Positions 46,201 to 53,079 of a stretch of 53,079 bases of DNA are shown in pieces. The stretch spans positions 1 through 53,079 of the forward strand of contig JAYVPU010000226.1 of assembly GCA_043757205.1 (NCBI GenBank), given 5' to 3'. The notes beneath the pieces are model-generated. The model searched no databases. It was not told the DNA's origin and saw nothing but the letters and a program-made list of their open reading frames with translations. The position numbers and the translations under genes are program-made. Source of the stretch: Comamonadaceae bacterium (GTDB taxonomy: Bacteria; Pseudomonadota; Gammaproteobacteria; Burkholderiales; Burkholderiaceae_C). How positions within the stretch are numbered: the stretch's first letter is position 1; every line of letters starts with the position of its first letter.

Positions 46201-49200
46201 TACCGCCACCACCGTCAACCTCATCAGCAACACCGGTGTCATTACCCAAGGTGCGGCGGGCATTACCGCCACCAATCTGTCGGCCACCACCAACGCGGCG
46301 GGCAAGTCCATCACACTGGGCTCCAGCAACAACGCTGTCAGCAACTTCGCGGCAGCCACCACTGGCGGAGCCGTCACTTACGTCAATAAAAACGGCTTCA
46401 CCGTGGCCGATCTGACTGCTAGCGGCGGTGCCAATGGCGTCTCCTCGGCTGGTGGCAACGTTAGCCTGACGGCGGGCGGCACGGGCAAAACCCTGACCGT
46501 TTCCGCCAATGTCAGTAGCGGTGCAGGCAACATTACCTATGTTGCCGACGATATGGTGCTGACAGGTACGACGACCAGCACGGGTACGGTCACCCTCAAC
46601 AGCAGCACCGCTTCCCAGGGCATCGTTCTGGGCGCGGGCGGCTCCGGCCTGGGCTTGTCCAGCGCCGAGTTGCAGACCATCACCACCACCGGCCCGTTGG
46701 TCATCGGTAGCACCACCCACACCGGCTCCATCACGGCCGATGCCGTCGTGACCGGGGTCACCAACCCCAGCGGCGCTTGGTCCATGCTGACCAGTGGCGG
46801 CGCAGTGAACTTCAGCACCTATGCCGTAACCACGCCGGGCAACCTGACCATCAACACCAAAGGCTCGGGCGCGGCCACCGGCGGCGCAGTCTCCGGCACC
46901 GGCGCTTTGACCATAGGCGCAGGCGGTGCCAGTGGGCTGACCGTGTCGGCCGATGGCGGCATTGACCTGACCAACGTGGGCAACCTGGCCAATGCGGTTT
47001 CCCTGACCAACAGCGGCAGCAGTAACATCAGCTACAAAAACAACCGCAACATGACCCTGGCCGCCAGCAATACTGCGGCCGGCGGCACCATTACGGTGGT
47101 CAACGCCAGTGGTACGCTGGATACCGCAGGCACCGGAGTAACCACCGGCATTGGTGCAGCAAACATTGATCTGCAAACCGCTGGCCTGTTGACTGTCGCC
47201 TTGGCGGCTCCCGTCACGGCGGGTGGCACCGGCTCAGTCAACCTTAAAGGTGCAGGTATAACTGTCGCCGGCATAGTCACCGGCCCTGGTGGCATCACTG
47301 CCGACAGCGGCGCTGTCGCATTCAGCAACACTGGCACGCTGACCAATGGCGCTGGCGCTTCAGCCATCTCAATCAAATCTGACGATCTGGTATTGACCGG
47401 CGGCACCATCACGGGCGGTACGGGCACTGTCACGCTGGGTCGCAGCACGGCGGGCGGCACGATTGCATTGGGCTCAGCAATTGCAGGCGGACTGGATACT
47501 GCTGAACTGGCAACTGTCACCGCAACCAATCTGGTCATTGGTGGCTCCGGCTTCACCGGCACCATCGACACAGTCGCAGCCGTATCACTCGCTACCTCGA
47601 CCCCTAATGTCAAGCTGCAAGCCGACGGCGCGTCGGGCCGCATCACCAACTCGGGCGGAGCAGCCGCCATTGTCACCACCAATGCAGATAGCCTGACCAT
47701 GTTGGCATCTGCGGGTATCGGTGCAGCGGGTGGAGCGAATGCAATGCAAATCTCCCCCGGCCTAGGCTCGATTGCAGCGACCAACAGCACGATAGGTGAC
47801 CTTAATATCAATGTCACTGGCAACTTTACGGTGGGCGGCGGAAGCATCGCGCAGAACGGTTCTGGAAATCTGGGTTTGTCAGCCACGCAAAATGTGATCA
47901 TTGACGGCAATGTTGACTTGAAAAACAGCGGCACGATCACGTTGAACGCGGGTGGTGCAGGATTCACCATTACCGAAGGCACCACCGGCGGCACCCTGCG
48001 CACTGGCGCGAGCGTGAATGGCCTGACCGGCAGCGTGGCGCTGGGCGGCGGCGTAACCACTGACTCTATCGGTACGCTGCTCAAGCCGATCCTGACCAAA
48101 ACCTCGGGCCTGACGGCCACCTCCGCCAGCGGTGGTTTGTTCGTCAGCAACACCGGTGCCTTGTCAATCGCGGGTGCCACCAACGCCACCGGCGGTAACT
48201 TGAACATCGCTGCCACCGGTGCTTTGAGCGTGGACGCCGCCGTCACCCAAAACTCGGCTGCCAATACGTTGACGCTGAGCGGTGTCGGCCTGACCAATAA
48301 CAACACCATCACCGGCACTCCCGGTGGCTTGACGATAGATGCCGGCACCGGCACCTTAACCAACGCCGCTCTCAATATCATTGCCAACGGCGGCAGCGCA
48401 GGTGCAGTCAACCTGACCGGCGACAGCATGAATCTGGTCGCCACCAGTTCGGTAACAGCAGGCTCTGGCCGCGTGACTGTGGCGCAGAAAACGGCAGGCA
48501 CGGCCATCAACCTGGGTACCGCCACCGGTGCGCTGGACCTCACCACCGCTGAACTCGGCACCATCACCACTACCGGCGTCTTGCAGGTGGGTAATAGCGC
48601 ATCCGGTGCGGTCAACGTTTCGTCCGCCATCGCCCCGGCCGCGACCAAGCTGGACATCGAGTCTGGCAGCACCATCAGTGGCGCAGGCTCCATCACCGTC
48701 ACTAACTTGGCCCTGCGCTCGGTCGGCGCCGTGGACTTGACCACCGCCGCCAGCAGCGTCGCCAATCTGTCTGCCAATGTCAGCGGTGCGGGCAACGCTT
48801 TTGCATTTAAAGATGGCATGGCTTTGTCAGTAGGCACCGTGGATAGCTTGGCCGGCATCACCACCAACACTGGCAACGTCACGCTGACTGCTGCCGGACT
48901 ACTGAGCCAAACCGCTGCAATCAGCGGTGCCACCCTGAGCACCAGTTCCACCACCGGCACCACGCTAAACAGCGCCAACACCGTCACCGGCTTCACCGCC
49001 AGCAACACCGTCAGCGGCAACATTGCGCTGACCAACACGGCAGCACCGCTGACCATTACCTTGGGCGGTATTACCGAACTGGTGGGCGGTACCGTCAACA
49101 TCCAGAACACCGGTGCACTGGTTCTTACTGGCAGCACCAATGCAGGCGTGGCTGGCACGGTGACCTTGGACACCACTGGTGCGGGAACCATCACCGGTGC

Positions 49201-52200
49201 TGGCCTGATTACGGCTGACACCATCAATCTGCAAACCACCGCCAACAGTTCGGGTGCCGTAGGCGCGACCGGCGCTGGCAATTCGGCCAACACGGCCGGC
49301 ACCACCACGCTGAATCTGGGCCAAGGCAGCACCTTGGCCGGCGCCTACATCAACCACGCGGGGGCCTTGGCCCTTGCTGCACCCAGCCTGGCCACCAATG
49401 CGCCTTTGCATGTGGTCTCCAGTGGCGGCCTCACGTTACCGGGTTCGGTCATCAGCACCGGCACCGGTGAGCTGTACCTGGAAAGCGGTACTTCGCTGTC
49501 CACTGCAGCCAACCTCACCACCACCAGTGGTGCACTGACGCTTAAAGCCGCTACCGGCGTGACGGTGGCCAATGCGTTGCAATCGGGTTCTGGCCCCATC
49601 GTCATCACCAGCACTGGTATTGGTACGGTTGCACTGAATGCCGGCGGCACGGTGACATCCACCAGCGGCACGGTAACCCTGTTGGCCAACGGTGCGACCA
49701 GCGACGTGCTGATCAACGCAGCGGTCAGCAGCACCAGCGGTGCGGTCAACGTAACGGCGGGCAGGACGATTACCGAAGGCGGAGCAGGTGCAGGCACCAT
49801 CGGCACGAGCGGCTTGCTGACGACCAATTCGGGTGGCGCAGTCGGTGCATTGGCTGGCGGCACATCCCTTGGCAATGCCAACACGGTGGGCAGCTTCACC
49901 GCCACCAACGCGGTGACGGGCAACGTGAACCTGGTCAACACGGCAGCGCCGCTGACCATTACCGGCATCACCAACACCGCCGCTAACGGCAACGACACGG
50001 TGACGAACACCGGCGCGATCACCACCACGGGTGCGATCACGACGGCAGCCAACGGGCTGATCAACCTGACCGCAAGCGGCACCGAGACCATTGGTGCAGC
50101 AGTCACGGCAGGCGGTTCTGGTTCTGTCTCGCTCAACGCAACGGGCCTGCTGACAGTCAACCAGGCTGTATCAAGCACCACGGGTGCATTGATCCTCACG
50201 GGCGGCACGGGCGTGACGCACGCTGTAGCCGGTACGCTGGCCACGACTGGTGCAGGCACGATTGACGTGACGGCCACCACAGGTGACGTGACCATGGCCA
50301 ACGGGACGACCTACACAACGGCTGGCGGTACGGTGAACGTGACAGCGGGCACTAACATCGCTCTCGGCCAAGTGACCAGCACCGGCGGCATCGTCAACCT
50401 GACGGCTACGGGCGGCAACATCACCGACAACAACGGTGCCACCAACAACGTAACGGCCACGACCTTGAATGCCACGGCAGCCAACAAGATTGGCAACGTC
50501 TTGCCCGGCAGCGTGCTGACCGGCCCGGCCGATGCGCTGGAAACCGCAGTTTCCAACCTCTCCGTCACCACCACGGGCGCTGGCGTGAACGAAATCGCCA
50601 TCACCAACACCCTCGTTGGCACTTTGACCCCCACGGTGACGCTCAACGGCGGTGGCAGCAGCCATGTTTACATCAGTAACGTCGGTAGCCCGGCCAGCAA
50701 CACGGGCAACCTGAATGTGTCTGGCGTGGCCATGAACCAGAACAACAGCTACGGCTTTGTTGCGGGCGGCACCTTGACCCTGCCCAACGCGGCCATCAGC
50801 GTGGGCACGGGTTCGCTGAACCTTCAGGGTGCGACAGACATCGTCAACACCGCCTCTACGTTCTTGTCGGGTAACCGCATCACGGCGGCTAATTTGCTGT
50901 TCAAGTCGGGCGCTTCGGAGTCACTGCTGACCAACGTGACCAATGCCGACGTGGCGATCACGGGTGCAGGTAACACCTTCACCTTGGTACAAGATGCAAA
51001 TGGCGCTACGGGTACGGCCGATGGTGCCAGCAGCATCACGTTCAAAGACTTGGACGCCAACACCTTCTCGCTGCAAACGGCCAGCGGTGCGGTGAGCCTG
51101 ACCAACAAGCACAGCAACAGCAGCATCACGCTGGCTGATAAGGTGAATCTGGCTTCTGCGGGTGCAGGTGCCAATTTGACTTCGATGGTGCTTCAGACGG
51201 GTGTGGGTTCGGGTACCAACCTGGGTGGCGGCTATGCTGCGGTTGCGGGTACCGATAACAGCGGTGGCAATACGATTGCCACAGGCGCAACGGTGACTTT
51301 GGGCAGTGCGACTACCAACTTCGGTACGCTGGATATCCAGGGTCGCTTTACCAACACGGGTACGCTAAACGTCAGCACGGGGACGACGGCTACCTTCTCG
51401 GCTCCGTCGGCAGACATTGTGTTCACCTCGGCCACCACGGCGGCGGGTAACGTGACCTTGTCACCTGGCCTGTCTAACGACGTGGTGATTCAAAACGGTG
51501 CTTCGCTGAATGTGACTTCCACCGGCACGGGCACGGGCACGTTGACGATTCAAAATGCGGATCAATTGATCTTGCAAACCGGTGGTGCACCAGCCTCGAT
51601 CGACGTGGCAGGTTCCATGGTGGTGAAGAATGTGTACGCCGTGGACATGCAGGTAGGTACCAGCATCAAAGTGGGTACCAACGCTGCAACCAGCGGTGCT
51701 GACGTGTTCCTGGCGACTAACGGTGTGGGTTCGTTCACGATGGGGGCCGGTAGCTCCATTACTGCACCGGGTTCGATCCTGATCAAGGCATCTACCGTGG
51801 CCCGCAATGGCACGGCAACCGACAACGTGGCGGGCGCCCCTGCGGTGGCTACAGGTTTGGTGACGGTGAATAACCTGCAAGTGGACAGCGACGGCGATGG
51901 CGGCATCTATGGTCTGCCAGGTGGTGTGGCCACAGCGCTGGTGGGTACTGCTCGCTTGGCGGTTGAGGGCAGTGGCGTGACCATGACAGGTCTGATCACC
52001 TCGGGTAATGCCAGCAGTTCTTTGGTGCCTTATATCGGTGCAACCACGGGCGGCATCACTACTAGTGGAACGCAGAATTTCACCAATTTTGCAGGCGTAG
52101 AGCTGCAAAGCACCACGGGCAGCATCGGTACACTGGCCAACCCGGTCAGCATGGGTGTGGCCAAGGTGGCTGCCACCACAACGGGTGGCGACATCTATAT

Positions 52201-53079
52201 CAAGGAAGCCGGTCTGGCCGGTGGGCTGGAGGTGGCGAGCTTGTCCACCTTTGACGTGGCAGGTGCCGCCAAGGCGATTTCTGGTGTGACGGTGACGACC
52301 GCTGCCAATGGCACCAAAAACATCAACATCCGGGCCAGCAGCCCGCTGGTGGTGAATGCGGCCGTGACGGACAGCAGCGGTGGCAACATCGTGCTGGCGG
52401 CTGAAGGCAATGCCGTGACCGACAACCTCACGCTCAATGCCAACGTGACTGCAACCGGTGGCAACGGCAATATCAGCCTGTACTCGGGCAATGGCACTTC
52501 CATCTCCAACGGTGTGGCGGTGAATGCAGCGGGTTCGGGTGCGGTGCTGGTGTCTGCGGGCACCAATTACAACGGCGGTACGCCTGCCAATGGCTACGAC
52601 GGCGGCACAGTCGGCAATGGCAGCGCGGGTAGCACGATCGGCATGGCCGGCACCTCGACCATCACGTCAGGCACGGGCAGCATCACTTTGCAAGCACCTG
52701 GCGATATCTCGCTCACCAAGCTGACCACCACTGGCGGTGCGGTGATCGTTAACGCGGCCTACACCGGCCCAGGTGCGACACTGACGGCAACGGGTGCAAT
52801 CTCTGATGTGCTGGCAGCTGAAACCGCCAACATCACGGGCGGTGCAGTGACCTTGAATGCCATGAAGGGCATCGGTGTGGCTGACAACATCAACGTAACA
52901 GCCACCAGCATTGCAGCCAGCAATACCACCAGCGGTGGTATCAACCTGGGCATCATAGGTGCGTCGGCACTGAATGCCATTACCGCTGCGGGTCAGACAG
53001 TGACGCTGGACGCCAGCGGCGCGCTGACGGATGGCAACGGTGCGGCAATGAACATCACGGCCACGAGCTTGGAGTTCAA
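43286..53079 (+). CDS. giant TpsA exoprotein (filamentous hemagglutinin N-terminal/TPS domain plus very long beta-helical repeat region), 3' end beyond window
   Basis: ATG at 43286, 23 nt after the tpsB stop. The frame (position mod 3 = 2) has no listed terminated ORF and reads through to nt 53079, more than 3,264 codons. N-terminus: long N/S-rich extension, hydrophobic signal ...LLSTFIATISGHALA, then TPS motifs NWNTFNIG (43640-43663) and NPSG (43787-43798), then GGDIRV...GGVVELSG...LIIDP. The remainder is a G/T/A/N/V-rich repeat region. Confidence 0.93.
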   Translation, partial: MTNTTASNASNSRNNASGSNAVNQAKTGNKTFNKIKATVYKVKVSGGKTLTYIFRPRLRISALLRALLSTFIATISGHALALDVNALPTGGAVGAGSGNITTTGNAMQVTQATQNMVVNWNTFNIGANSAVNFAQPNSSAVALNRVTSTDPSLIFGSLTSNGQVFLTNPSGVLFGATARVDVGGLVATTLSISDGDFLAGASTGKYTFSGNGTASVVNLGTINAAQGGYIALLAPEVRNEGIITARMGTVALAGGNSVTLDMAGDGLIKVAVNTGAVNALASNKGLIQADGGMVYLGAKGAGDLAATVVNNEGIIEAKSLVERGGKIMLEALGAGAVATNSGTLDTSGVGSASGGDIRVLAMDGTATLDANSVILAKGGDQGGNGGVVELSGKHFNYAGVVNTLAPQGQTGQLIIDPANVLITDGASAGGYTATPGNVGTDTITAGTIQFITGTTGLNLQATDGIASVATSITGGGQNLGLTLIAGGTPTSINVGTTPIALGTGALTVTAIGTANVIVGGVTGAGLTVTSGTGQITLNNAVNVGTGAISVTGGGIVGTSGAATLTGGNVSLTSGGTQNLAIGAAVTASGATTLTGAHDLTIGGALSSGGTVNLTSSNVIAVNSNVTATNQTINFNGMNTLTTAGSVNAGAGTINILPTAGTTVGLGGGTGAVQISDANLTAMTATTVNIGTGGATTNNTTVGTLSPAATIGTLNIKAGNAGTITQDGGTGIDISAVATNVNFIAGAGVGTGATPILFNTAVGKGTLGANTSGGTGDIYLHSAANVDTGTLAITTAAGAQNIRVSTAGTLTVPVAGLSAATDNVTLRADNETISGTVTANSVTLDQFNTATTVNVGGADGVGVLGVNAAEQALLAAATVRLGRSDGGALNVSANTGLNGATTALHLKSGSTVGQSAATVINVAGLAVTAGGTVTLDQANTVNNFAASAASQRVDFKNTGSIDVGQTVDSVAGITATTVNLISNTGVITQGAAGITATNLSATTNAAGKSITLGSSNNAVSNFAAATTGGAVTYVNKNGFTVADLTASGGANGVSSAGGNVSLTAGGTGKTLTVSANVSSGAGNITYVADDMVLTGTTTSTGTVTLNSSTASQGIVLGAGGSGLGLSSAELQTITTTGPLVIGSTTHTGSITADAVVTGVTNPSGAWSMLTSGGAVNFSTYAVTTPGNLTINTKGSGAATGGAVSGTGALTIGAGGASGLTVSADGGIDLTNVGNLANAVSLTNSGSSNISYKNNRNMTLAASNTAAGGTITVVNASGTLDTAGTGVTTGIGAANIDLQTAGLLTVALAAPVTAGGTGSVNLKGAGITVAGIVTGPGGITADSGAVAFSNTGTLTNGAGASAISIKSDDLVLTGGTITGGTGTVTLGRSTAGGTIALGSAIAGGLDTAELATVTATNLVIGGSGFTGTIDTVAAVSLATSTPNVKLQADGASGRITNSGGAAAIVTTNADSLTMLASAGIGAAGGANAMQISPGLGSIAATNSTIGDLNINVTGNFTVGGGSIAQNGSGNLGLSATQNVIIDGNVDLKNSGTITLNAGGAGFTITEGTTGGTLRTGASVNGLTGSVALGGGVTTDSIGTLLKPILTKTSGLTATSASGGLFVSNTGALSIAGATNATGGNLNIAATGALSVDAAVTQNSAANTLTLSGVGLTNNNTITGTPGGLTIDAGTGTLTNAALNIIANGGSAGAVNLTGDSMNLVATSSVTAGSGRVTVAQKTAGTAINLGTATGALDLTTAELGTITTTGVLQVGNSASGAVNVSSAIAPAATKLDIESGSTISGAGSITVTNLALRSVGAVDLTTAASSVANLSANVSGAGNAFAFKDGMALSVGTVDSLAGITTNTGNVTLTAAGLLSQTAAISGATLSTSSTTGTTLNSANTVTGFTASNTVSGNIALTNTAAPLTITLGGITELVGGTVNIQNTGALVLTGSTNAGVAGTVTLDTTGAGTITGAGLITADTINLQTTANSSGAVGATGAGNSANTAGTTTLNLGQGSTLAGAYINHAGALALAAPSLATNAPLHVVSSGGLTLPGSVISTGTGELYLESGTSLSTAANLTTTSGALTLKAATGVTVANALQSGSGPIVITSTGIGTVALNAGGTVTSTSGTVTLLANGATSDVLINAAVSSTSGAVNVTAGRTITEGGAGAGTIGTSGLLTTNSGGAVGALAGGTSLGNANTVGSFTATNAVTGNVNLVNTAAPLTITGITNTAANGNDTVTNTGAITTTGAITTAANGLINLTASGTETIGAAVTAGGSGSVSLNATGLLTVNQAVSSTTGALILTGGTGVTHAVAGTLATTGAGTIDVTATTGDVTMANGTTYTTAGGTVNVTAGTNIALGQVTSTGGIVNLTATGGNITDNNGATNNVTATTLNATAANKIGNVLPGSVLTGPADALETAVSNLSVTTTGAGVNEIAITNTLVGTLTPTVTLNGGGSSHVYISNVGSPASNTGNLNVSGVAMNQNNSYGFVAGGTLTLPNAAISVGTGSLNLQGATDIVNTASTFLSGNRITAANLLFKSGASESLLTNVTNADVAITGAGNTFTLVQDANGATGTADGASSITFKDLDANTFSLQTASGAVSLTNKHSNSSITLADKVNLASAGAGANLTSMVLQTGVGSGTNLGGGYAAVAGTDNSGGNTIATGATVTLGSATTNFGTLDIQGRFTNTGTLNVSTGTTATFSAPSADIVFTSATTAAGNVTLSPGLSNDVVIQNGASLNVTSTGTGTGTLTIQNADQLILQTGGAPASIDVAGSMVVKNVYAVDMQVGTSIKVGTNAATSGADVFLATNGVGSFTMGAGSSITAPGSILIKASTVARNGTATDNVAGAPAVATGLVTVNNLQVDSDGDGGIYGLPGGVATALVGTARLAVEGSGVTMTGLITSGNASSSLVPYIGATTGGITTSGTQNFTNFAGVELQSTTGSIGTLANPVSMGVAKVAATTTGGDIYIKEAGLAGGLEVASLSTFDVAGAAKAISGVTVTTAANGTKNINIRASSPLVVNAAVTDSSGGNIVLAAEGNAVTDNLTLNANVTATGGNGNISLYSGNGTSISNGVAVNAAGSGAVLVSAGTNYNGGTPANGYDGGTVGNGSAGSTIGMAGTSTITSGTGSITLQAPGDISLTKLTTTGGAVIVNAAYTGPGATLTATGAISDVLAAETANITGGAVTLNAMKGIGVADNINVTATSIAASNTTSGGINLGIIGASALNAITAAGQTVTLDASGALTDGNGAAMNITATSLEF

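Noticed and set aside
43781-52980. Series of long minus-strand ORFs inside the TpsA gene (for example 47032..49332 at 766 aa, 46025..47176 at 383 aa, 49345..50301 at 318 aa, 45218..45997 at 259 aa)
   Set aside because: They are antisense frames of a G/T/A/N-rich repeat gene. The GNN/ACC-type codon bias removes stop codons on the opposite strand. The products are monotonous P/V/A/L or R/G/A strings without motifs, while the + frame has TPS-domain hallmarks and operon logic.
44600-53079. Periodic DNA similarity in the last 8.5 kb considered as a CRISPR array or satellite DNA
   Set aside because: The repeats are long, degenerate and in one continuous open reading frame downstream of a TPS domain. 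They are protein-coding beta-helix repeats, not direct repeats with unique spacers.

Overview
This is a 53-kb chromosomal window from a high-GC betaproteobacterium. It looks Burkholderiales/Comamonadaceae-like: it has four orphan Bug/TctC-family solute-binding genes and the typical ctaD-ctaG-ctaE-SURF1-ctaA-ctaB-SCO layout. Gene order runs as follows.

- **1-7.9 kb:** a complete aa3 cytochrome c oxidase subunit and biogenesis cluster. ctaD is cut by the window edge.
- **7.9-23.5 kb:** housekeeping and catabolic genes. These are argG, ppnP, garR-like, tartrate dehydrogenase, glycerate kinase, a PAS-GAF-GGDEF cyclase, a Crp/Fnr regulator, iorAB and several Bug binding proteins.
- **23.6-26.1 kb:** a visibly AT-richer islet. 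It starts at a tRNA 3'-end-like fragment and carries a CbbR-like LysR regulator divergent from an SbtA-like bicarbonate permease, then REP-like palindromes and a decayed HTH gene.
- **26.1-32 kb:** dcd, then a Bug + LeuC/LeuD-like hydratase + isocitrate-lyase/PEP-mutase module flanked by two ModA-like binding proteins.
- **32-36.6 kb:** ypfJ, rhlE, apaH and a CNNM/TlyC gene.
- **36.7-53 kb:** the accessory locus, and the most interesting part. It holds a two-partner secretion pair, a ShlB/FhaC-type TpsB plus a giant TpsA that is still open after more than 3,260 codons at the window end. Upstream is an unusual gene set: a TM-anchored DUF2726-like protein, a FecR-like/SPOR-like exported protein, SapC, a membrane-anchored SecB paralogue with a SPOR-like tail, and a secreted RCC1-repeat protein.

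No rRNA gene, complete tRNA, CRISPR array, transposase or integrase was seen. All calls come from reading the translations and the DNA by eye; no database search was run.
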